This document shows positions 46,600-60,200 of a stretch of 64,000 bases of DNA, piece by piece. Position numbers and translations under genes: made by a program. Numbering within the stretch: position 1 is the first letter of the stretch; each line of letters starts with the position of its first letter. Location of the stretch: the NCBI GenBank assembly GCA_964016885.1, contig OZ024743.1, positions 276,520,001-276,584,000 on the forward strand, given 5' to 3'. The notes under the pieces are model-generated. The model saw only the letters and a list, made by a program, of their open reading frames with translations. It had not been told where the DNA came from and ran no database searches. The stretch is from Eledone cirrhosa (Eukaryota).

Positions 46600-49500
46600 A
46601 CCACAAACAACACCACCAGCAGTTGCTAGAAGAAGCAACACTAACACCACAAACAACACCACCAGCAGTTGCTAGAAGCAACACTATCACCACAAACAAC
46701 ACCACCAGCAGTTGCTAGAAGAAGCAACACTAATACCACAAACAACACCACCAGCAGTTGCTAAAAAAGCAACACTAACACCACAAACAACACCACCAGC
46801 AGTAGCTAGAAGAAGCAACACTAACACCACAAACAACACCACCAGCAGTTGTTAGAAGGAGCAACACTAACGCCACAAACAACACCACCAGCAGTTGCAA
46901 GAAGCAACACTAACACCACAAACAACACCACCAGCAGTTGCTAGAAGAAGCAACACTAACACCACAAACAACACCACCAGCAGTTGCTAGAAGAAGCAAC
47001 ACTAACAACACAAACAACACCACCAGCAGTAGCTAGAACCAACACTAACACCACAAACAACACCACCAGCAGTTGCTAGAAGAAGCAACACTAACACCAC
47101 AAACAACACCACCCGCAGTTGCTAGAAGAAGCAACACTAACACCACAAACAACACCACCAGCAGTTGCTAGAAGAAGCAACACTAACCCCACAAACAACA
47201 CCACCAGTAGTTGCTAGAAGAAGCAACACTAACACCACAAACAACACCACCAGCAGTAGCTAGAAGAAGCAACACTAACACCACAAACAACATCGCCAGC
47301 AGTTGCTAGAAGAAGCAACACTAACACCACAAACAACACCACCAGCAGTAGCTAGAAGAAGCAACACTAACACCACAAACAACACCACCAGCAGTTGCTA
47401 GAAGAAGCAACACTAACACCACAAACAACACCACCAGCTGTTGCTAGAAGAAACACTAACACCACAAACAACACCACCAGCAGTTGCTAGAAGAAGCAAC
47501 ACTAACACCACAAACAACACCACCAGCAGTTGCTAGAAGAAGCAACACTAACACCACAAACAACACCACCAGCAGTTGCTAGAAGAAGCAACACTAACAC
47601 CACAAACAACACCACCAGCAGTTGCTAGAAGAAGCAACACTAACACCACAAACAACACCACCAGCAGTTGCTAGAAGAAGCAACACTAACCCCACAAACA
47701 ACACCACCAGTAGTTGCTAGAAGAAGCAACACTAACACCACCAGCAGTTGCTAGAAGCAACACTAACACCACAAACAACACCACCAGCAGTTGGTAGAAG
47801 AAGCAACACTAACACCACAAACAACACCACCAGCAGTTGCTAGAAGAAGCAACACTAACCCCACAAACAACACCACCAGTAGTTGCTAGAAGAAGCAACA
47901 CTAACACCACAAACAACACCACCAGCAGTTTCTAGAAGCAACACTAACACCACAAACAACACCACCAGCAGTTGCTAGAAGAAGCAACACTAACACCACA
48001 AACAACACCACCAGCAGTTGCTAGAAGAAGCAACACTAATACCACAAACAACACCACCAGCAGTAGCTAGAAGAAGCAACACTAACACCACAAACAACAC
48101 CACCAGCAGTTGCTAGAAGCAACACTAACACCACAAACAACACCACCAGTAGTTGCTAGAAGAAGAAACACTAACACCACCAGCAGTTGCTAGAAGCAAC
48201 ACTAACACCACAAACAACACCACCAGCAGTTGGTAGAAGAAGCAACACTAACACCACAAACAACACCACCAGCAGTTGCTAAAAGAAGCAACACTAACCC
48301 CACAAACAACACCACCAGTAGTTGCTAGAAGAAGCAACACTAACACCACAAACAACACCACCAGCAGTTTCTAGAAGCAACACTAACACCACAAACAACA
48401 CCACAAGCAGTTGCTAGAAGAAGCAACACTAATACCACAAACAACACCACCAGCAGTAGCTAGAAGAAGCAACACTAACACCACAAACAACACCACCAGC
48501 AGTTGCTAGAAGAAGCAACACTAACACCACAAACAACACCACCAGCAGTTGCTAGAAGCAACACTAACACCACAAACAACACCACCAGCAGTTGCTAGAA
48601 GAAGCAACACTAACACCACAAACAACACCACCAGCAGTAGCTAGAAGAAGCAACACTAACACCACAAACAACACCACCAGCAGTTGCTAGAAGAAGCAAC
48701 ACTAACACCACAAACAACACCACCAGCAGTTGCTAGAAGCAACACTAACACCACAAACAACACCACCAGCAGTTGCTAGAAGAAGCAACACTAACACCAC
48801 AAACAACACCAGCAGCAGTTGCTAGAAGAAGCAACACTAACACCACAAACAACACCACCAGCAGTTGCCAGAAGAAGCAACACTAACACCACAAACAACA
48901 CCACCAGCAGTTGCTAGAAGAAGCAACACTAACACCACAAACAACACCACCAGCAGTTGCTAGAAGAAGCAACACTAACACCACAAACAACACCACCAGC
49001 AGTTGCTAGAAGCAACACTATCACCACAAACAACACCACCAGCAGTTGCTAGAAGAAGCAACACTAATACCACAAACAACACCACCAGCAGTTGCTAAAA
49101 AAGCAACACTAACACCACAAACAACACCACCAGCAGTAGCTAGAAGAAGCAACACTAACACCACAAACAACACCACCAGCAGTTGTTAGAAGGAGCAACA
49201 CTAACGCCACAAACAACACCACCAGCAGTTGCAAGAAGCAACACTAACACCACAAACAACACCACCAGCAGTTGCTAGAAGAAGCAACACTAACACCACA
49301 AACAACACCACCAGCAGTTGCTAGAAGAAGCAACACTAACAACACAAACAACACCACCAGCAGTAGCTAGAACCAACACTAACACCACAAACAACACCAC
49401 CAGCAGTTGCTAGAAGAAGCAACACTAACACCACAAACAACACCACCCGCAGTTGCTAGAAGAAGCAACACTAACACCACAAACAACACCACCAGCAGTT

Positions 49501-51300
49501 GCTAGAAGAAGCAACACTAACCCCACAAACAACACCACCAGTAGTTGCTAGAAGAAGCAACACTAACACCACAAACAACACCACCAGCAGTAGCTAGAAG
49601 AAGCAACACTAACACCACAAACAACATCGCCAGCAGTTGCTAGAAGAAGCAACACTAACACCACAAACAACACCACCAGCAGTAGCTAGAAGAAGCAACA
49701 CTAACACCACAAACAACACCACCAGCAGTTGCTAGAAGAAGCAACACTAACACCACAAACAACACCACCAGCTGTTGCTAGAAGAAACACTAACACCACA
49801 AACAACACCACCAGCAGTTGCTAGAAGAAGCAACACTAACACCACAAACAACACCACCAGCAGTTGCTAGAAGAAGCAACACTAACACCACAAACAACAC
49901 CACCAGCAGTTGCTAGAAGAAGCAACACTAACACCACAAACAACACCACCAGCAGTTGCTAGAAGAAGCAACACTAACACCACAAACAACACCACCAGCA
50001 GTTGCTAGAAGAAGCAACACTAACCCCACAAACAACACCACCAGTAGTTGCTAGAAGAAGCAACACTAACACCACCAGCAGTTGCTAGAAGCAACACTAA
50101 CACCACAAACAACACCACCAGCAGTTGGTAGAAGAAGCAACACTAACACCACAAACAACACCACCAGCAGTTGCTAGAAGAAGCAACACTAACCCCACAA
50201 ACAACACCACCAGTAGTTGCTAGAAGAAGCAACACTAACACCACAAACAACACCACCAGCAGTTTCTAGAAGCAACACTAACACCACAAACAACACCACC
50301 AGCAGTTGCTAGAAGAAGCAACACTAACACCACAAACAACACCACCAGCAGTTGCTAGAAGAAGCAACACTAATACCACAAACAACACCACCAGCAGTAG
50401 CTAGAAGAAGCAACACTAACACCACAAACAACACCACCAGCAGTTGCTAGAAGCAACACTAACACCACAAACAACACCACCAGTAGTTGCTAGAAGAAGA
50501 AACACTAACACCACCAGCAGTTGCTAGAAGCAACACTAACACCACAAACAACACCACCAGCAGTTGGTAGAAGAAGCAACACTAACACCACAAACAACAC
50601 CACCAGCAGTTGCTAAAAGAAGCAACACTAACCCCACAAACAACACCACCAGTAGTTGCTAGAAGAAGCAACACTAACACCACAAACAACACCACCAGCA
50701 GTTTCTAGAAGCAACACTAACACCACAAACAACACCACAAGCAGTTGCTAGAAGAAGCAACACTAATACCACAAACAACACCACCAGCAGTAGCTAGAAG
50801 AAGCAACACTAACACCACAAACAACACCACCAGCAGTTGCTAGAAGAAGCAACACTAACACCACAAACAACACCACCAGCAGTTGCTAGAAGCAACACTA
50901 ACACCACAAACAACACCACCAGCAGTTGCTAGAAGAAGCAACACTAACACCACAAACAACACCACCAGCAGTAGCTAGAAGAAGCAACACTAACACCACA
51001 AACAACACCACCAGCAGTTGCTAGAAGAAGCAACACTAACACCACAAACAACACCACCAGCAGTTGCTAGAAGCAACACTAACACCACAAACAACACCAC
51101 CAGCAGTTGCTAGAAGAAGCAACACTAACACCACAAACAACACCAGCAGCAGTTGCTAGAAGAAGCAACACTAACACCACAAACAACACCACCAGCAGTT
51201 GCCAGAAGAAGCAACACTAACACCACAAACAACACCACCAGCAGTTGCTAGAAGAAGCAACACTAACACCACAAACAACACCACCAGCAGTTGCTAGAAG
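46600..51300. repeat. Tandem higher-order duplication, period 2,334 bp
   Basis: GCTAAAAAAG 46760/49094, (GTT)TCTAG 47931/50265 and GCCAGAAG 48867/51201 all lie at +2334. Confidence 0.9.
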
Positions 51301-52569
51301 CAACACTAACACCACAAACAACACCACCAGCAGTTGCTAGAAGAAGCAACACTAACACCACAAACAAACCAGCAGCAGTTGCTAGAAGAAGCAACACTAA
51401 CACCACAAACAACACCACCAGCAGTTGCTAGAAGAAGCAACACTAACACCACAAACAACACCACCAGCAGTTGCTAGAAGAAGCAACACTAACACCACAA
51501 ACAACACCACCAGCAGTTGCTAGAAGAAGCAACACTAACACCACAAACAACACCACCAGCAGTTGCTAGAAGAAGCAACACTAACACCACAAACAACACC
51601 ACCAGCAGTTGCTAGAAGAAGCAACACTAACACCACAAACAACACCACCAGCAGTTGCTAGAAGCAACACTAACACCACAAACACCACCACCAGCAGTTG
51701 CTAGAAGAAGCAACACTAACGCCACAAACAACACCACCAGCAGTTGCTAGAAGAAGCAACAGTAACACCACAAACAACACCACCAGCAGTTGCTAGAAGA
51801 AGCAACACTAACACCACAAACAACACCACCAGCAGTTGCTAGAAGAAGCAACACTAACACCACAAACAACACCACCAGCAGTTGCTAGAAGAAGCAACAC
51901 TAACACCACAAACAACACCACCAGCAGTTGCTAGAAGATGCAACACTAACCCCACAAACAACACCACCAGTAGTTGCTAGAAGAAGCAACACTAACACCA
52001 CAAACAACACCACCAGTAGTTGCTAGAAGCAACACTAACGCCACAAACAACACCACCAGCAGTTGCTAGAAGAAGCAACACTAACACCACAAACAACACC
52101 CCTAGTAGTTGCTAGAAGAAGCAATACTAACACCACAAACAACACCACCAGCAGTTGCTAGAAGCAACACTAACACCACAAACAACACCACCAGCAGTTG
52201 CTAGAAGAAGCAATACTAACACCACAAACAACACCACCAGCAGTTGCTAGAAGAAGCAACACTAACACCACAAACAACACCACCAGCAGTTGCTAGAAGA
52301 AGCAACACTAACACCACAAACAACACCACCAGCAGTAGCTAGAAGAAGCAACACTAACACCACAAACAACACCACCAGCAGTTGCTAGAAGAAGCAACAC
52401 TAACACCACAAACAACACCACCAGCAGTTGCTAGAAGAAGCAACACTAACACCACAAACAACACCACCAGCAGTTGCTAGAAGAAGCAACACTAACACCA
52501 CAAACAACACCACCAGCAGTTGCTAGAAGCACCACTAACACCACAAACAACACCACCAGCAGTTGCTAG

Positions 52570-55500
52570 AAGAAGCAACACTAACACCACAAACAAACCA
52601 GCAGCAGTTGCTAGAAGAAGCAACACTAACACCACAAACAACACCACCAGCAGTAGCTAGAAGAAGCAACACTAACACCACAAACAACACCACCAGCAGT
52701 TGTTAGAAGAAGCAACACTAACACCACAAACAACACCACCAGCAGTAGCTAGAAGAAGCAACACTAACACCACAAACAACACGACCAGCAGTAGATAGAA
52801 GAAGCAACACTAACACCACAAACAACACCATCAGCAGTTGCTAGAAGAAGCAGCACTAACACCACAAACAACACCACTAGCAGTAGCTAGAAGAAGCAAC
52901 ACTAACACCACAAACAACACCACCAGCAGTTGTTAGAAGAAGCAACACTAACACCACAAACAACACCACCAGCAGTTGCTAGAAGCAACACTAACACCAC
53001 AAACAACACCACCAGCAGTTGCTAGAAGAAACAACACTAACACCACAAACAACATCACCAGCAGTTGCTAGAAGAAGCAACATTAACACCACAAACAACA
53101 CCACCAGCAGTTGTTAGAAGAAGCAACACTAACACCACAAACAACACCACCAGCAGTAGCTAGAAGAAGCAACACTAACACCACAAACAACACCACCAGC
53201 AGTAGATAGAAGAAGCAACACTAACACCACAAACAACACCATCAGCAGTTGCTAGAAGAAGCAGCACTAACACCACAAACAACACCACTAGCAGTAGCTA
53301 GAAGAAGCAACACTAACACCACAAACAACACCACCAGCAGTTGTTAGAAGAAGCAACACTAACACCACAAACAACACCACCAGCAGTTGCTAGAAGCAAC
53401 ACTAACACCACAAACAACACCACCAGCAGTTGCTAGAAGAAACAACACTAACACCACAAACAACATCACCAGCAGTTGCTAGAAGAAGCAACACTAACAC
53501 CACAAACAACACCACCAGCAGTTGCTAGAAGAAGCAACACTAACACCACAAACAACACCACCAGCAGTAGCTAGAAGAAGCAACACTAACACCACAAACA
53601 ACACCACCAGCAGTAGCTAGAAGAAGCAACACTAACACCACAAACAACATCACCAGCAGTTGCTAAAAGAAGCAACACTAACACCACAAACAACACCACC
53701 AGCAGTTGCTAGAAGAAGGAACACTAACACCACAAACAACACCACCAGCAGTTGCTAGAAGAAACACTAACACCACAAACAACACCACCAGCAGTTGCTA
53801 GAAGAAGCAACACTAACACCACAAACAACACCACCAGCAGTTGCTAGAAGAAGCAACACTAACACGACAAACAACACCACCAGCAGTTGCTAGAAGAAGC
53901 AACACTAACACCACAAACAACACCACCAGCAGTTGCTAGAAGAAGCAACACTAACACCACAAACAACACCACCAGCAGTTGCTAGAAGAAGCAACACTAA
54001 CCCCACAAACAACACCACCAGTAGTTGCTAGAAGAAGCAACACTAACACCACCAGCAGTTGCTAGAAGCAACACTAACACCACAAACAACACCACCAGCA
54101 GTTGCTAGAAGAAGCAACACTAACACACAAACAACACCACCAGCAGTTGCTAGAAGAAGCAACACTAACACCACAAACAACACCACCAGCAGTTGCTAGA
54201 AGAAGCAACACTAACACCACAAACAACACCACCAGCAGTTGCTAGAAGCAACACTAACACCACAAACAACACCACCAGCAGTAGCTAGAAGAAGCAACAC
54301 TAACACCACAAAGAACACCACCAGCAGTTGCTAGAAGAAGCAACACTAACACCACAAACAATACCACCAGCAGTTGCTAGAAGAAGCAACACTAACACCA
54401 CAAACAACACCACCAGCAGTAGCTAGAAGAAGCAACACTAACACCACAAACAACGCCACCAGCAGTTGCTAGAAGAAGCAACACTAACACCACAAACAAC
54501 ACCACCAGCAGTTGCTAGAAGCAACACTAACACCACAAACAACACCACCAGCAGTTGCTAGAAGAAGCAACACTAACACCACAAACAACACCACCAGCAG
54601 TTGCTAGAAGCAACACTAACACCACAAACAACACCAGCAGCAGTTGCTAGAAGAAGCAACACTAACACACAAACAACACCACCAGCAGTTGCTAGAAGAA
54701 GCAACACTAACACCACAAACAACACCATCAGCAGTTGCTAGAAGAAGCAACACTAACACCACAAACAACACCACCAGCAGTTGCTAGAAGCAACACTAAC
54801 ACCACAAACAACACCACCAGCAGTTGCTAGAAGAAGCAACACTAACACCACAAACAAACCAGCAGCAGTTGCTAGAAGAAGCAACACTAACACCACAAAC
54901 AAACCAGCAGCAGTTGCTAGAAGAAGCAACACTAACACCACAAACAACACCACCAGCAGTAGCTAGAAGAAGCAACACTAACACCACAAACAACACCACC
55001 AGCAGTTGTTAGAAGAAGCAACACTAACACCACAAACAACACCACCAGCAGTAGCTAGAAGAAGCAACACTAACACCACAAACAACACGACCAGCAGTAG
55101 ATAGAAGAAGCAACACTAACACCACAAACAACACCATCAGCAGTTGCTAGAAGAAGCAGCACTAACACCACAAACAACACCACTAGCAGTAGCTAGAAGA
55201 AGCAACACTAACACCACAAACAACACCACCAGCAGTTGTTAGAAGAAGCAACACTAACACCACAAACAACACCACCAGCAGTTGCTAGAAGCAACACTAA
55301 CACCACAAACAACACCACCAGCAGTTGCTAGAAGAAACAACACTAACACCACAAACAACATCACCAGCAGTTGCTAGAAGAAGCAACATTAACACCACAA
55401 ACAACACCACCAGCAGTTGTTAGAAGAAGCAACACTAACACCACAAACAACACCACCAGCAGTAGCTAGAAGAAGCAACACTAACACCACAAACAACACC

Positions 55501-57200
55501 ACCAGCAGTAGATAGAAGAAGCAACACTAACACCACAAACAACACCATCAGCAGTTGCTAGAAGAAGCAGCACTAACACCACAAACAACACCACTAGCAG
55601 TAGCTAGAAGAAGCAACACTAACACCACAAACAACACCACCAGCAGTTGTTAGAAGAAGCAACACTAACACCACAAACAACACCACCAGCAGTTGCTAGA
55701 AGCAACACTAACACCACAAACAACACCACCAGCAGTTGCTAGAAGAAACAACACTAACACCACAAACAACATCACCAGCAGTTGCTAGAAGAAGCAACAC
55801 TAACACCACAAACAACACCACCAGCAGTTGCTAGAAGAAGCAACACTAACACCACAAACAACACCACCAGCAGTAGCTAGAAGAAGCAACACTAACACCA
55901 CAAACAACACCACCAGCAGTAGCTAGAAGAAGCAACACTAACACCACAAACAACATCACCAGCAGTTGCTAAAAGAAGCAACACTAACACCACAAACAAC
56001 ACCACCAGCAGTTGCTAGAAGAAGGAACACTAACACCACAAACAACACCACCAGCAGTTGCTAGAAGAAACACTAACACCACAAACAACACCACCAGCAG
56101 TTGCTAGAAGAAGCAACACTAACACCACAAACAACACCACCAGCAGTTGCTAGAAGAAGCAACACTAACACGACAAACAACACCACCAGCAGTTGCTAGA
56201 AGAAGCAACACTAACACCACAAACAACACCACCAGCAGTTGCTAGAAGAAGCAACACTAACACCACAAACAACACCACCAGCAGTTGCTAGAAGAAGCAA
56301 CACTAACCCCACAAACAACACCACCAGTAGTTGCTAGAAGAAGCAACACTAACACCACCAGCAGTTGCTAGAAGCAACACTAACACCACAAACAACACCA
56401 CCAGCAGTTGCTAGAAGAAGCAACACTAACACACAAACAACACCACCAGCAGTTGCTAGAAGAAGCAACACTAACACCACAAACAACACCACCAGCAGTT
56501 GCTAGAAGAAGCAACACTAACACCACAAACAACACCACCAGCAGTTGCTAGAAGCAACACTAACACCACAAACAACACCACCAGCAGTAGCTAGAAGAAG
56601 CAACACTAACACCACAAAGAACACCACCAGCAGTTGCTAGAAGAAGCAACACTAACACCACAAACAATACCACCAGCAGTTGCTAGAAGAAGCAACACTA
56701 ACACCACAAACAACACCACCAGCAGTAGCTAGAAGAAGCAACACTAACACCACAAACAACGCCACCAGCAGTTGCTAGAAGAAGCAACACTAACACCACA
56801 AACAACACCACCAGCAGTTGCTAGAAGCAACACTAACACCACAAACAACACCACCAGCAGTTGCTAGAAGAAGCAACACTAACACCACAAACAACACCAC
56901 CAGCAGTTGCTAGAAGCAACACTAACACCACAAACAACACCAGCAGCAGTTGCTAGAAGAAGCAACACTAACACACAAACAACACCACCAGCAGTTGCTA
57001 GAAGAAGCAACACTAACACCACAAACAACACCATCAGCAGTTGCTAGAAGAAGCAACACTAACACCACAAACAACACCACCAGCAGTTGCTAGAAGCAAC
57101 ACTAACACCACAAACAACACCACCAGCAGTTGCTAGAAGAAGCAACACTAACACCACAAACAAACCAGCAGCAGTTGCTAGAAGAAGCAACACTAACACC
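52570..57200. repeat. Tandem higher-order duplication, period 2,306 bp
   Basis: CGACC 52782/55088, CATTAAC 53081/55387, CGACAA 53865/56171 and AAGAAC 54311/56617 all lie at +2306. Confidence 0.9.
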
Positions 57201-60200
57201 ACAAACAACACCACCAGCAGTTGCTAGAAGAAGCAACACTAACACCACAAACAACACCACCAGCAGTTGCTAGAAGAAGCAACACTAACACCACAAACAA
57301 CACCACCAGCAGTTGCTAGAAGAAGCAACACTAACACCACAAACAACACCACCAGCAGTTGCTAGAAGAAGCAACACTAACACCACAAACAACACCACCA
57401 GCAGTTGCTAGAAGAAGCAACACTAACACCACAAACAACACCACCAGCAGTTGCTAGAAGCAACACTAACACCACAAACACCACCACCAGCAGTTGCTAG
57501 AAGAAGCAACACTAACGCCACAAACAACACCACTAGCAGTAGCTAGAAGAAGCAACACTAACACCACAAACAACACCACCAGCAGTTGTTAGAAGAAGCA
57601 ACACTAACACCACAAACAACACCACCAGCAGTTGCTAGAAGCAACACTAACACCACAAACAACACCACCAGCAGTTGCTAGAAGAAACAACACTAACACC
57701 ACAAACAACACCACCAGCAGTAGCTAGAAGAAGCAACACTAACACCACAAACAACACCACCAGCAGTAGCTAGAAGAAGCAACACTAACACCACAAACAA
57801 CATCACCAGCAGTTGCTAAAAGAAGCAACACTAACACCACAAACAACACCACCAGCAGTTGCTAGAAGAAGCAACACTAACACCACAAACAACACCACCA
57901 GCAGTTGCTAGAAGAAACACTAACACCACAAACAACACCACCAGCAGTTGCTAGAAGAAGCAACACTAACACCACAAACAACACCACCAGCAGTTGCTAG
58001 AAGAAGCAACACTAACACCACAAACAACACCACCAGCAGTTGCTAGAAGAAGCAACACTAACACCACAAACAACACCACCAGCAGTTGCTAGAAGGAGCA
58101 ACACTAACACCACAAACAACACCACCAGCAGTTGCTAGAAGAAGCAACACTAACCCCACAAACAACACCACCAGTAGTTGCTAGAAGAAGCAACACTAAC
58201 ACCACCAGCAGTTGCTAGAAGCAACACTAACACCACAAACAACACCACCAGCAGTTGCTAGAAGAAGCAACACTAACACACAAACAACACCACCAGCAGT
58301 TGCTAGAAGAAGCAACACTAACACCACAAACAACACCACCAGCAGTTGCTAGAAGAAGCAACACTAACACCACAAACAACACCACCAGCAGTTGCTAGAA
58401 GCAACACTAACACCACAAACAACACCACCAGCAGTAGCTAGAAGAAGCAACACTAACACCACAAAGAACACCACCAGCAGTTGCTAGAAGAAGCAACACT
58501 AACACCACAAACAATACCACCAGCAGTTGCTAGAAGAAGCAACACTAACACCACAAACAACACCACCAGCAGTAGCTAGAAGAAGCAACACTAACACCAC
58601 AAACAACGCCACCAGCAGTTGCTAGAAGAAGCAACACTAACACCACAAACAACACCACCAGCAGTTGCTAGAAGCAACACTAACACCACAAACAACACCA
58701 CCAGCAGTTGCTAGAAGAAGCAACACTAACACCACAAACAACACCACCAGCAGTTGCTAGAAGCAACACTAACACCACAAACAACACCAGCAGCAGTTGC
58801 TAGAAGAAGCAACACTAACACACAAACAACACCACCAGCAGTTGCTAGAAGAAGCAACACTAACACCACAAACAACACCACCAGCAGTTGCTAGAAGAAG
58901 CAACACTAACACCACAAACAACACCACCAGCAGTTGCTAGAAGCAACACTAACACCACAAACAACACCACCAGCAGTTGCTAGAAGAAGCAACACTAACA
59001 CCACAAACAAACCAGCAGCAGTTGCTAGAAGAAGCAACACTAACACCACAAACAACACCACCAGCAGTTGCTAGAAGAAGCAACACTAACACCACAAACA
59101 ACACCACCAGCAGTTGCTAGAAGAAGCAACACTAACACCACAAACAACACCACCAGCAGTTGCTAGAAGAAGCAACACTAACACCACAAACAACACCACC
59201 AGCAGTTGCTAGAAGAAGCAACACTAACACCACAAACAACACCACCAGCAGTTGCTAGAAGAAGCAACACTAACACCACAAACAACACCACCAGCAGTTG
59301 CTAGAAGCAACACTAACACCACAAACACCACCACCAGCAGTTGCTAGAAGAAGCAACACTAACGCCACAAACAACACCACTAGCAGTAGCTAGAAGAAGC
59401 AACACTAACACCACAAACAACACCACCAGCAGTTGTTAGAAGAAGCAACACTAACACCACAAACAACACCACCAGCAGTTGCTAGAAGCAACACTAACAC
59501 CACAAACAACACCACCAGCAGTTGCTAGAAGAAACAACACTAACACCACAAACAACATCACCAGCAGTTGCTAGAAGAAGCAACACTAACACCACAAACA
59601 ACACCACCAGCAGTTGCTAGAAGAAGCAACACTAACACCACAAACAACACCACCAGCAGTAGCTAGAAGAAGCAACACTAACACCACAAACAACACCACC
59701 AGCAGTAGCTAGAAGAAGCAACACTAACACCACAAACAACATCACCAGCAGTTGCTAAAAGAAGCAACACTAACACCACAAACAACACCACCAGCAGTTG
59801 CTAGAAGAAGCAACACTAACACCACAAACAACACCACCAGCAGTTGCTAGAAGAAACACTAACACCACAAACAACACCACCAGCAGTTGCTAGAAGAAGC
59901 AACACTAACACCACAAACAACACCACCAGCAGTTGCTAGAAGAAGCAACACTAACACCACAAACAACACCACCAGCAGTTGCTAGAAGAAGCAACACTAA
60001 CACCACAAACAACACCACCAGCAGTTGCTAGAAGAAGCAACACTAACACCACAAACAACACCACCAGCAGTTGCTAGAAGAAGCAACACTAACCCCACAA
60101 ACAACACCACCAGTAGTTGCTAGAAGAAGCAACACTAACACCACCAGCAGTTGCTAGAAGCAACACTAACACCACAAACAACACCACCAGCAGTGGCTAG

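Larger units (their letters stand above)
27400..46630. repeat. Near-perfect tandem segmental duplication within the array, period 9,575 bp (2 copies, about 210 monomers each)
   Basis: Private variants recur at exactly +9575: GAGGT 28196/37771, CAAGC 28871/38446, AATC 29875/39450, CTGTT 31126/40701, GCTAAAAAAG 34361/43936, CGAC 36806/46381. The match fails at 27390 vs 36965 and at 37061 vs 46636, which brackets the ends. Confidence 0.93.

Noticed and set aside
54753-55012. Four overlapping 61-67 aa ORFs on both strands
   Set aside because: They are produced by two adjacent 45-bp monomers at a duplication junction. Starts are non-ATG and there is no coding signature.
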